Assembly: GCA_949299135.1 (NCBI GenBank)
Contig: CASFZG010000010.1
Location: forward strand, 11,093-75,092
Source of the DNA: an uncultured Phascolarctobacterium sp.
GTDB lineage: Bacteria; Bacillota; Negativicutes; Acidaminococcales; Acidaminococcaceae
Direction of reading: 5' to 3'
DNA length: 64,000 nucleotides
The position numbers and the translations under genes were made by a program. Shown here one piece after another: positions 38,746 through 47,682 of the stretch. Under the pieces are notes generated by a model. It ran no database searches and was not told the origin of the DNA. It worked only from the letters and a program-made list of their open reading frames with translations. Position 1 is the first letter of the stretch. The number at the start of each line of letters is the position of its first letter.

Positions 38746-39147
38746 ATGGAAATGAAAAATTTTACCGAAAAATTACAGTACTATATGAGTTTAAATTATC
38801 CGTCACAGATAACAAAAATTGACGAAGCCGATGGCGGCGGCTTTTTAATTGAAGTGCCGATGTTAAAAGGCTGCATGAGCGACGGCGAAACAGTTGAAGA
38901 AGCATATAACAATCTTGAAGAAGCAAAAAAAGAATGGTTTACTTACATGCTGGAAAATAATCTGGCTATTCCCGAACCTGCTGATGCTTCTTACAGCGGC
39001 AGATTTATGGTACGCATACCAAAAACCTTACATAAAATCATTACCGAACAATCTAAACGCGAAGGTTTAAGTTTAAATCAATACGTATCCAATGTTTTAG
39101 CTTACGCCGCAGGGCAGCGCACAGTTTTATCAACTAAAAAGAATTAA
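38746..39147 (+). CDS. hicB: HicB-family antitoxin with a C-terminal ribbon-helix-helix
   Basis: GGF.IEVP.L.GC.SDGET.EEA..NL.EA; YSGRF.VRIPKTLH......KREG.SLNQYV. Confidence 0.92.
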   Translation: MEMKNFTEKLQYYMSLNYPSQITKIDEADGGGFLIEVPMLKGCMSDGETVEEAYNNLEEAKKEWFTYMLENNLAIPEPADASYSGRFMVRIPKTLHKIITEQSKREGLSLNQYVSNVLAYAAGQRTVLSTKKN

Positions 39148-39224
39148 AATACAAAAAGTCGGCAACTGATTTTTACATCAGTACCGGCTTTTTTATTTTG
39201 TTTAGTTTTACAAATTTTACTACG

Positions 39225-40319
39225 TTATTTGCCAAAGTAAGCGGCAATGGTTTTCATGCGGCTGCTTTGCTGAACGTGGAAAGGGCAGCGTCTGTCGCAG
39301 TGCCCACAACCAATGCAGTCCGATGCGTGTTTTTCCAGCTTGGCATAGTGGTCTGCCGCCATGCTGTCGCCGATAACTGCCAAATCGTAGTATTTGTTGA
39401 TAAGGCCGATGTTTAATCCTGCCGGGCAGGGCTGGCAATGGTTGCAGTATACGCAGGTACCGGTAACATCCTTCGGCGTAAAGGTGCCGATAACGGAGTA
39501 ATCACGTTCTTCCGCACCTGCTTCAAAAAAGCCAAGCAGATGTTTAACCTCGGCCACGCTGTGTACGCCGGGCAAAACAGTCAGCACGCCGGGTTTATCC
39601 AGCGCGTACTGAATGCACTGGTAATGCGTCAGCGCCTTGCCGAACGGAGAAGTATCGGCGTTTAAAAGCTGCCCTCCGGAAAACGGTTTCATTACCGAAA
39701 TGCCAATGCCTTCCGCTTCACAGCGGCGGTACAACGCCATGCGCTCGCTGGCACTGCCGACAGCATACTCTCCCTGCTGATAATCATAACCCGCGTTGAT
39801 GGAAAACATCAGCTGGTCAACAAGTCTGGTATCAAGCACTTTGTTGACAACCGGCGGCGTATGCGACGACATGCCGATATGGCGCACAACGCCCTGCGCT
39901 TTCAACTTCAGCAGGTAATCAAGCACACCATTTTTCAGATAGTCCTGCCAGTCTTTTATGGTGTCGATGCAATGAATAAAGCCGTAATCAATGTAATCGG
40001 TTTTCAGCTCCCGCATCTGCCAGTCAACTTGGCGTTTAATAGTGTCAAGGTTAGTCGTCCAGCCGTATTCGCCGGTTTCGTAGTTAGCGCCAAAATGCAC
40101 CTGATAAAACATCTCGCCGCGCACATCGGCCAAAGCCTTGCCCGCGTAGCCAAAAGTCGACGCGCCCGCCGTGGCAAAGTCCATGTAGTTAATGCCGTGT
40201 TCATGCGCGTAAGTTAAAGCCGCCACCGCTTCTTTTTCCGGCGCTTCGCAGATATAGCTTGAGCCGAGCCCGATAACGCTTATTTTGTCGCCTGTTTTGC
40301 GGTTAGTCCTGTATTCCAA
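39225..40319 (-). CDS. Aldo/keto reductase with a C-terminal 4Fe-4S dicluster
   Basis: GINY.D.A, L.TDYID, GIS.MKPF.GG, CVYCNHCQPCP, CIGCGHC..RCP. Confidence 0.9.
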   Translation of the reverse strand: MEYRTNRKTGDKISVIGLGSSYICEAPEKEAVAALTYAHEHGINYMDFATAGASTFGYAGKALADVRGEMFYQVHFGANYETGEYGWTTNLDTIKRQVDWQMRELKTDYIDYGFIHCIDTIKDWQDYLKNGVLDYLLKLKAQGVVRHIGMSSHTPPVVNKVLDTRLVDQLMFSINAGYDYQQGEYAVGSASERMALYRRCEAEGIGISVMKPFSGGQLLNADTSPFGKALTHYQCIQYALDKPGVLTVLPGVHSVAEVKHLLGFFEAGAEERDYSVIGTFTPKDVTGTCVYCNHCQPCPAGLNIGLINKYYDLAVIGDSMAADHYAKLEKHASDCIGCGHCDRRCPFHVQQSSRMKTIAAYFGK

Positions 40320-40501
40320 GTTTATCCCTCCCTGTATATTCTGTAACCTTCTTATAATTACATCATATCCTTGGAGTTAAGACTGTGTCAACAAATAAAC
40401 ACCGCTTATTTTTCACCTGCCGTTAGAATTTTCTGTTGCGTTCAATAACAAAGTTATTTACGCGGCGGCGCGATTATTTTACAATAAAATCAGGTGATGA
40501 T

Positions 40502-41317
40502 ATGCAGAATATTTTTGGGCAAAATTTACTGAACCGCCGCAAAGCCCTGGGGATGACGCAGGAGCAACTGGCGGCAAAATTAAAGGTCAGCTTTCAGGCG
40601 GTGAGCAAATGGGAGCGCGGCGAAACATTGCCGGATATTAAGCTGCTGCCCGCTCTTGCGTCGCAGCTTGGCACATCTGCCGACAGCCTTTTAGGCTACG
40701 AGGGCGCGGCACCCGCCACAATTTACGAAGAACGCTACCGCACGCAGGAATTATACTGGGGCGGCGAGCCAAACGAAATGTGCTACGATATTTTACGGCT
40801 GCTGCCGCCAACGCGCCCGCTGAAAGTGCTGGACATCGGCTGCGGTGAAGGCAAGGATATGCTGTTCTTGGCGCGCTGTGGTTATTTAACAACAGGTTTT
40901 GACATCGCCGCGAGCGGCATAACCAAAGCTAAAAATTTTGCGGCCAAAGCCAGATTAAATGCTGAATTTTTCCGCGCCGATATGTTGAGCTATACACCCA
41001 CGGAGGAGTTTGACATTTTATTTGCCAGCGGTGTGCTGCATTACCTGCCACCGCAAAAACGCCGCAGCATTATAGCGGCTTACCAAAGCAAAATGCCGCG
41101 CGGCAGCCTGTGCGCGCTGAATGTATTTGTAGACAAGCCATTTATTAAAATGCCGCCGGACGAAGAAATTGACGGCGCCTACTGGCAAAGCGGCGAGCTG
41201 TTTACGTTGTTCAGCGATTGGAAGTTTCACCGCTGTGAACAGGTAATTTTTGATTGCAACAGCGGTGGCGTACCGCATCAGCACTGCATGGATATTTTGA
41301 TAGCGCAAAAAATGTAA
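40502..41317 (+). CDS. XRE-type HTH fused to a class I SAM-dependent methyltransferase (TehB-like)
   Basis: RK..GMTQEQLA.KL.VS.QAVSKWERG...PD, then VLDIGCGEG. Confidence 0.85.
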   Translation: MQNIFGQNLLNRRKALGMTQEQLAAKLKVSFQAVSKWERGETLPDIKLLPALASQLGTSADSLLGYEGAAPATIYEERYRTQELYWGGEPNEMCYDILRLLPPTRPLKVLDIGCGEGKDMLFLARCGYLTTGFDIAASGITKAKNFAAKARLNAEFFRADMLSYTPTEEFDILFASGVLHYLPPQKRRSIIAAYQSKMPRGSLCALNVFVDKPFIKMPPDEEIDGAYWQSGELFTLFSDWKFHRCEQVIFDCNSGGVPHQHCMDILIAQKM

Positions 41318-41361
41318 ACAAAAAGGACGGTAAGCTTTAAAAGCCTATCGTCCTTTGTTTT

Positions 41362-41952
41362 TTATTCACGCCAGATAACGGTGTCATCCCATGGTTTACG
41401 CGGGCGCGGCGCTGGCGCTTCATCGGGGTAGCCCAAAGCAAAGGCGGCAAACAGTTCGCCGCCGCAGTTAAGCCATTCGCACAGTTCGCGGTAAGCAAAA
41501 TAAATATCGCAAATCCACAAACCGCAAAGCCCATACTCTACCGCCGCCAGCGACATATTTTCCACAGCAGCGCCGACGGATTGGGCGTTGCAAATTTCAA
41601 ACACGCGGTTTTCAGCGTTCTGCGGCGTAAGTAAATCCAGCCCCAGCGGGTTAACCACAAAAATTACCACGGGCGCCTGCCGCATAATGGCAAGCGTGTT
41701 GTGCGCACCGGCTATGTACTGTGCACTTTCCGGCAGCAGCGGCTCGTTTGCCTCACGCTGCAAGCCGCGTTCCATTGCCGCCAGTGCTTCGGCTTTTGCC
41801 GCGCCGGTTGTTACCACAAACTGCCATGGCTGCCTGTTTTTGGATGACGGCGCTAAAATTCCCGCCCGCAAAACTTCTTCAATAATATTGCGCGGCACTT
41901 CCGTAGTTTTAAATTTGCGTATGCTGCGCCTTGCGGCGATAGCGTCAAGCAT
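41362..41952 (-). CDS. Nitroreductase-family protein
   Basis: I..RRSIRKF, APS.KN.QPW.F, LGYP. Confidence 0.92.
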   Translation of the reverse strand: MLDAIAARRSIRKFKTTEVPRNIIEEVLRAGILAPSSKNRQPWQFVVTTGAAKAEALAAMERGLQREANEPLLPESAQYIAGAHNTLAIMRQAPVVIFVVNPLGLDLLTPQNAENRVFEICNAQSVGAAVENMSLAAVEYGLCGLWICDIYFAYRELCEWLNCGGELFAAFALGYPDEAPAPRPRKPWDDTVIWRE

Positions 41953-42565
41953 TTTCTTCCTCCGTCAGTAAATCCGACAGCGTTTCAATAATCTGCCGTA
42001 AAATTTTAGTGGTTTCTTCCAGCGGCAGGGCAAGGTTTTCGTCAAACACCATCTGCGGAAGCAGCGGTACATGTACAAAGCCTGTTTTAACATTGGTGCC
42101 GCTGAAATGATGCAATGCCATGTAAAAAATGTCGTTGCACACATAGCCGCCGGTGCAGTACCCCAAATGCACGGGGCAGCCCGCTTTTTGCAGGCGTGTT
42201 ACCAGCTTGTGCACGGGTATGGTGGCAAAATACGCCGCCGGTGCGCCGGGCACAACCGGCTCGCCCCAGGGCATTAAGCCTTTGTTGTCCTCCAGCAGCG
42301 CGTCGCGCAGGTTAACGGCAACGCAGTCCGCATGCAGGCGGGTGCTGCCGCTGTCCATGCCCGTCATTAAAATAACGTCCGGCTTTACGCGCTCCGCTTC
42401 TTCAATCAGCAAACGCCCCGCCGTTTCGTAAATATTGGGCAGAATCAATCTGGTTACGGCAAAGCTGCCGATATTATCCGGCAGCGCACGCACCGCTTCC
42501 CACGATGGGTTGATGTTGTAATGCGCAAACGGGTCAAAGCCCGTCAGTAACAGCTTTTTCATCAT
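41945..42565 (-). CDS. pcp: Pyroglutamyl-peptidase I
   Basis: LLTGFDPF....NPSWEAV, PAAYF.T.P, G.YVCN, GF.HVP. Confidence 0.9.
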   Translation of the reverse strand: MMKKLLLTGFDPFAHYNINPSWEAVRALPDNIGSFAVTRLILPNIYETAGRLLIEEAERVKPDVILMTGMDSGSTRLHADCVAVNLRDALLEDNKGLMPWGEPVVPGAPAAYFATIPVHKLVTRLQKAGCPVHLGYCTGGYVCNDIFYMALHHFSGTNVKTGFVHVPLLPQMVFDENLALPLEETTKILRQIIETLSDLLTEEENA

Positions 42566-43743
42566 TTTGCCATGCGGTAAATTGCTTCCATGTCGTTAAT
42601 ATCCAGCGCCTTAAAGCCGCCGATGGTGCGGGTATTTTTAAAGCTGCATTTATAGGCCAGCTCTTTAATCTGCCCGTCGGTCAGGTGGATATTCATGTCG
42701 CTGATTTTCGTCGGCATGCCGATGCTGCGGAAGAATGCTTCCATTGCTTCAATGCCTTCCAGCGCAATTTTTTCTTCGTCGCCAGCGGTGTAAGGAATGC
42801 CGAACACGTTAACGGCCAGCTGCGCAAAACGTGCCGGGTTGGCGGGCATTACATAGCGCGCCCAGCTGCCCCAAACTGCCGCCAAACCTGCGCCGTGCGC
42901 GATATCAAACATGCCGCCCAGCTCATGCTCCAGCTGATGGCAGGCCCAATCGCCCAAAGTGCGGTCGCCGGTGATATCGTTGTGGGATAAAGTGCCGCTC
43001 CACATAATTTCGGCGCGCGCGTCATAGTCAGACGGATTTTTAAGCGCGATTTTGACGTTGCGCATAACGTTTTTAATCAGCGTTTCGGCAATGCCGTCCG
43101 TTAAATTAAGCTGCTTAACATTGGGCTTAACAAAAAAGCGTTCCAGGCTGTGCACAATAATATCCGTGCAGCCGCTTGCCGTCTGGTATGCAGGCAGTGT
43201 GTAAGTCAGTTCCGGGTTCATAACGGCAAATTTGCAGTACGCATACGGCGAATAAGCGCCGCGTTTCAGCCAGCCGTCTTCGTTGGTGATAATGCTGGCG
43301 TTGCTCATCTCGCTGCCCGCAGCAGCAATGGTCAGCACCGTGCCGATAGGCAGGCACGCCGCCGGAGTTTTGCCGGTGTAGTAATCCCACACGTCGCCGT
43401 CGTTGGTCAGGCCGTAGCCGATAGCCTTGGCGCTGTCGATAACGCTGCCACCGCCAACTGCCAGAATAAAATCGACGCCCTCTTTTTTACCCAGTTCAAT
43501 GCCTTCGTAAACTTTGCTGAGTCGCGGGTTCGGCACAACGCCGCCCAGTTCAACGTGGCTGATGCCTGCAGCATCCAGCGACGCGCAGATTTTATCAAGC
43601 AGACCGCTTTTTTTAGCGCTGTGCCCGCCGTAATGGATAAGCACTTTTTTTGCGCCCTGTTCTTTGCACAATTCGCCCACGCGCGCTTCCGTGCCGCGGC
43701 CGAAAATTACTTTTGTCGGTGCCAAATATTGAAAAAATTCCAT
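42562..43743 (-). CDS. Iron-containing alcohol (butanol) dehydrogenase
   Basis: GGV.PNP, AVGGGSVID.AK, T.AAAGSE, H.LEH, HG.GLA. Confidence 0.92.
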   Translation of the reverse strand: MEFFQYLAPTKVIFGRGTEARVGELCKEQGAKKVLIHYGGHSAKKSGLLDKICASLDAAGISHVELGGVVPNPRLSKVYEGIELGKKEGVDFILAVGGGSVIDSAKAIGYGLTNDGDVWDYYTGKTPAACLPIGTVLTIAAAGSEMSNASIITNEDGWLKRGAYSPYAYCKFAVMNPELTYTLPAYQTASGCTDIIVHSLERFFVKPNVKQLNLTDGIAETLIKNVMRNVKIALKNPSDYDARAEIMWSGTLSHNDITGDRTLGDWACHQLEHELGGMFDIAHGAGLAAVWGSWARYVMPANPARFAQLAVNVFGIPYTAGDEEKIALEGIEAMEAFFRSIGMPTKISDMNIHLTDGQIKELAYKCSFKNTRTIGGFKALDINDMEAIYRMAK

Positions 43744-43892
43744 TTGTTTCAGCTCCTTTTTAATGCTATACTCTTATGGTACGACAAAACCGGCGGCGTG
43801 TAAATATGCGCCAAAAAGTTTTACAATAAGCAGGCGTTTATAAAAAAATGGCGAAGATAATAGTACTGTAAGTTTTTAAAGGAGGTTTTACT

Positions 43893-44324
43893 ATGCAGGG
43901 CAAAAAATATATAGCTATGGCGCTGGTTTGTGGCTTTGTGCTTGGCAGCAGCACCGCGCCGGTACAGGCAGGCATTTTGGGCACGGTATTAAAAGGCGGC
44001 GCTATCGGCGTTTTGGTTAACCAGTTTGACGACCAGCTTAACAGCGCCATCAACACCTTAACGGGCAAATACGCTGTCAGCAGCGATTACGCCACCAAGG
44101 TTGTGCCGGTAATTACCGTCGGCGACGGCAGCTACGCCGGTGCGGCACAGGTCAGCGGCCCGCACGCACAGGTTGAAAAATGCAAGGCTGCCCTTTTGAT
44201 TGAAGCCTCGTTTTTCGGCAGTTTCCGCGCCAAAGCGCTGATACCGATTGACAAGGTGGACATTACCGACGTTAACCGCGTGCAGGGCGTTGGCGTATCG
44301 GCACAGATTGACGTAAAACTTTAA
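43893..44324 (+). CDS. Secreted hypothetical protein
   Basis: Signal peptide; TKVVPVITVG...GAAQV.GP pattern. Confidence 0.65.
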   Translation: MQGKKYIAMALVCGFVLGSSTAPVQAGILGTVLKGGAIGVLVNQFDDQLNSAINTLTGKYAVSSDYATKVVPVITVGDGSYAGAAQVSGPHAQVEKCKAALLIEASFFGSFRAKALIPIDKVDITDVNRVQGVGVSAQIDVKL

Positions 44325-44336
44325 TGGAGAAAACTT

Positions 44337-45044
44337 GTGACGGCAGCAGATTTTATCAAAAAGCTACAATTATATAACAAGCCTTCGGTGTTTAACCCGT
44401 GGCAGGATTACGACCCCGAGTGCGACATCGGGCCGGAAGCCCCTGTTATCCGCGCGGCAAATTTGCAGCGTTACCTTGAGCTGCGCAAAAACGCGCACTT
44501 TTTGTTCATCGCCGAAGGGCTGGGTTACCAGGGTGGGCATTTCAGCGGCATGGCCATGACGAGCGAGCGTATTTTGCTGGGCTGCCACCCGGACGTAAAC
44601 CCGCAGGCCGTGCTGGGCGACTGGGATTACAAACGCACCAGCAACCCCAACAGCGCGAGCCTGAACCGCACGCAGAAGCTGTACGGCTTTAACGAGCCGA
44701 CGGCGACGGTGATGTGGAACACGATTGCGCGGCACGAGCTTTCGCCTTACGACACGGTTTTATGGAACATTTTTCCGTTCCATCCTTATAAAGAAGGCAA
44801 TATTTTAAGCAACCGCACGCCTACCGGCGAGGAGCTGGACGTCGGCATTGAGTACGCAAGGATGCTGATGCAGCTCATTCCCGGCATGAAGGTTGTTGCC
44901 ATCGGGCGCAAATCACAGCAGACGCTGGGCAAATATGGCGTAGCGTGCGACTGCGTGCCGCACCCTTCCATGGGCGGCGCCAATGCGTTTAAAGCGGCGG
45001 TAGCGGCGCTGTTTGCCGCGCAGGGCGGTGAAGCAAATGGCTAA
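44337..45044 (+). CDS. Uracil-DNA glycosylase superfamily protein
   Basis: VFNPW, AEGLGYQGG.FSG...TSE (motif A), EPTAT..W, WN.FPFHP, NRTP, PHPS.GG (motif B). Confidence 0.85.
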   Translation: MTAADFIKKLQLYNKPSVFNPWQDYDPECDIGPEAPVIRAANLQRYLELRKNAHFLFIAEGLGYQGGHFSGMAMTSERILLGCHPDVNPQAVLGDWDYKRTSNPNSASLNRTQKLYGFNEPTATVMWNTIARHELSPYDTVLWNIFPFHPYKEGNILSNRTPTGEELDVGIEYARMLMQLIPGMKVVAIGRKSQQTLGKYGVACDCVPHPSMGGANAFKAAVAALFAAQGGEANG

Positions 45045-45819
45045 AACTGATTTTACGCGCGACCAGACCATCAACATCGCCGTTAAAATCGGCAAAATCC
45101 TGCTGAAAAGCGGCGCGGAAACCTACCGCGTCGAGGACACCATCTCGCGCTGCTGCCTTGTACACGGCTACGAGGTTGACCCATTTGTAACGCCGACCGT
45201 TATCATTTTGGGCAACGAGGACACCGACAGCTTTATCCGCGTAAGCCGCATTGGCTACCGCAGCACCAATTTAAGCCTCATCAGCGAAATGAACACCATG
45301 TCCTATAACTTCCACAAGTGGGATAAAAGTTACGAAGAAACCTGCGCGTGGCTTGAGAAAAAATGGCGGCAGCCTGCGCCTTACGGCAAGTGGGCTGTGT
45401 GCCTTGCTTCCGGCATCGGCTCGGCGGCGTTTGCGGCCATGCTGGGCGGCAACAGCCACGATTTTATTGCGGCCTTTGTAACGGGCGGCATGGCAATGGT
45501 AGTGCTTAAGCAAATTGCGGGCTACCACCCCAGCGCCTTTTGGGAAAACGCCATCGCGGGCGTGGCTATCGGCGCGGTTGCACTGCTCTGCTGCGCTATG
45601 AGCGTGCAGTGTACGATGGAAAAAATCATCGTAGGCGCACTGATGCCTTTCGTGCCGGGCGTGCCGTTCTGCAACGGGCTGCGTGACTACATGGCAGGCA
45701 ATTTGATGAGCGGCAACTCGCGTATCGCGGAAGCGCTGCTGTTTGCGTCGTCTATCGCCATCGGCATCGCGTTTGTGCTGCGCGTATGGTTCATCTGGGG
45801 GTGGGATTTATGGAAATGA
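45037..45819 (+). CDS. Threonine/serine exporter ThrE family (YjjP-like)
   Basis: LLKSGAETYRVEDT, MP.VPGV...N..RD...G...SG. Confidence 0.9.
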   Translation: MAKTDFTRDQTINIAVKIGKILLKSGAETYRVEDTISRCCLVHGYEVDPFVTPTVIILGNEDTDSFIRVSRIGYRSTNLSLISEMNTMSYNFHKWDKSYEETCAWLEKKWRQPAPYGKWAVCLASGIGSAAFAAMLGGNSHDFIAAFVTGGMAMVVLKQIAGYHPSAFWENAIAGVAIGAVALLCCAMSVQCTMEKIIVGALMPFVPGVPFCNGLRDYMAGNLMSGNSRIAEALLFASSIAIGIAFVLRVWFIWGWDLWK

Positions 45820-46301
45820 TTACCGCCTTTTTCTTTGCCTCCCTCGCGACCATGGCCTTTGCCATTCTGTTTCAGGCGCCGAAAAAAGTTGTGCTTATCG
45901 ACGGCATTATCGGCGCTATCGGGTGGGTGGTGTTCATCTACCTGCGGCATGAACTTGGCTACACCTCGTTCGTGTCCAATTTTACGGCGACAATTTCTCT
46001 GGCGCTGGCCAGCGAATTAAGCTCGCGCATCTTCAAGCAGCCGGTAACGGTGTTTGTTATCCCGGGCATTGTGCCGCTGGTGCCGGGGCTCGGCATTTAT
46101 CAGGGCATGTTTGCCATTATCAACAACGATTACAACAACGGCACTTCCATTTTACTGACAGCCATGACGGACTCCGTCGCCATCGCTATCGGCGTGATGC
46201 TGGTATCCAGCCTGTTCCGCGTCATTAAAGTACGCCGCTTCATGCTGCAATACCGCCGCTCCAAACGCCAGATGGAAATGAAAGTAAAGGGTAAGAAGTA
46301 A
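45816..46301 (+). CDS. Threonine/serine exporter ThrE_2 (YjjB-like)
   Basis: FAILFQAP, P.TVF.IPGIVPLVPG..Y; ATGA overlap with the upstream gene. Confidence 0.9.
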   Translation: MITAFFFASLATMAFAILFQAPKKVVLIDGIIGAIGWVVFIYLRHELGYTSFVSNFTATISLALASELSSRIFKQPVTVFVIPGIVPLVPGLGIYQGMFAIINNDYNNGTSILLTAMTDSVAIAIGVMLVSSLFRVIKVRRFMLQYRRSKRQMEMKVKGKK

Positions 46302-46367
46302 AAGCACGGCCCTTCTTCCTTGCCAAGATAGACGGGCTGTGCTATAATTATTACTGCAATTTAATAT

Positions 46368-46442
46368 GCGGGTGTAGTTCAGTGGTAGAACAATAGCTTC
46401 CCAAGCTATGTGTCGCGAGTTCGAGTCTCGTCACCCGCTCCA
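46368..46442 (+). tRNA. tRNA-Gly(CCC)
   Basis: GCGGGTG/CACCCGC acceptor, anticodon loop TTCCCAA, GTTCGAG T-loop, CCA end. Confidence 0.95.
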
Positions 46443-46450
46443 GCATTTAT

Positions 46451-46482
46451 GCCGCTTTCCGGATTTGGAAAGCGGCTTTTTT
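46451..46482 (+). terminator. Intrinsic terminator after tRNA-Gly
   Basis: GCCGCTTTCC-ggattt-GGAAAGCGGC-TTTTTT. Confidence 0.85.
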
Positions 46483-46661
46483 ATTTGCTTTGGTGCTTGT
46501 CAGGTGCTTATTTTATAACAGAACCATTACATACACCATACCCGTATGGGTATTGTATTTTATTAGCAAAAGTATTTTAAATAATATCTATTTGCAATAA
46601 GTGTTAAAACAATGTATAATAAGCAGGAAAGTTTAAACATTTTTCCAAAGGAGCTGATTTT

Positions 46662-47627
46662 GTGAGCGATACTTTAACTGTCTGCGGGCTGACGGTTGAG
46701 CGCGGTGCCAAACTGCGCACGATGTTGCCCGTTCCCGGTACGGATATAGAAATTCCCTTAACGATCATCAACGGCGCACATGACGGAGCAACGCTGTTGG
46801 TAACGGCGGGCATCCACGGCGGCGAATACCCCGGCATTGCCGCTGCCATGGAGCTGGGGCGCGAGCTTGACCCACAGGATATCTGCGGCAGCCTGATTAT
46901 GCTGCATCCTGTTAATATTCAGGGCTTCTGGGCGCGCCGCGAGTTCATTGTGCCGGAGGACGGCAAAAATTTAAACCGCGTGTTCCCCGGCGACCCGCAA
47001 GGCACGTTGTCCGAAAAAATTGCGTATTTAATCAGCAGCGAGCTGTTCCCGCTGGTGGATTTTTACGTTGACCTGCACAGCGGCGATATTCACGAAAGCC
47101 TGCACCCCTATGTTTATTACCCCGGCCAGCCGACGGAGGAACTGGCAGCCAAAGCGCGCAGCGTTGCCAAAGTGCTGAACGTGGAATACATGGTGCGCTC
47201 CATGGCGACGGGCGGAGCTTACAACTATGCCGCTTCCGCCGGACTGCCTTCCATTTTGATTGAACGCGGCGGCGCAGGGCTGTGCCTGCACGAAGATATC
47301 GAAGAATACAAGTCCGATTTAAGGAATATCCTGCGCAAGCTGAAATTACTGGACGAACCGGTTAAGCCGCGCCGCTACATTCCGCGCGATGTGACGGACA
47401 TTATTTACCTTGAAGCGATGGAAACAGGCTGCTGGCTGCACCACATCCACAGCGGCGATTTTGTGCACGAAGGCCAGATTTTAGGACGTACCACCGATTT
47501 GTTCGGCGAAACGCTGACAACTTATTATGCACAGCAGAGCGGCATTGTGCTGTATGTCTGCCCGGCGCTGGCCGCACCCAAAGGTACCGTGCTTTTGGCA
47601 TACGGCAAAATTCACAACGACGATTAA
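46662..47627 (+). CDS. Succinylglutamate desuccinylase/aspartoacylase (M14-like) family protein
   Basis: AGIHGGEY, DGKNLNRVFPG, DLHSG, IE.G, C-terminal lipoyl-like domain. Confidence 0.9.
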   Translation: MSDTLTVCGLTVERGAKLRTMLPVPGTDIEIPLTIINGAHDGATLLVTAGIHGGEYPGIAAAMELGRELDPQDICGSLIMLHPVNIQGFWARREFIVPEDGKNLNRVFPGDPQGTLSEKIAYLISSELFPLVDFYVDLHSGDIHESLHPYVYYPGQPTEELAAKARSVAKVLNVEYMVRSMATGGAYNYAASAGLPSILIERGGAGLCLHEDIEEYKSDLRNILRKLKLLDEPVKPRRYIPRDVTDIIYLEAMETGCWLHHIHSGDFVHEGQILGRTTDLFGETLTTYYAQQSGIVLYVCPALAAPKGTVLLAYGKIHNDD

Positions 47628-47682
47628 CTTATAAAGCAAAAAGAAGCAATCCACATCGGACTGCTTCTTTTTTTATTTTACA

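Noticed and set aside
46368-46442. tRNA-Gly as an active integration site
   Set aside because: No integrase nearby and no duplicated 3' tRNA fragment seen in the window.
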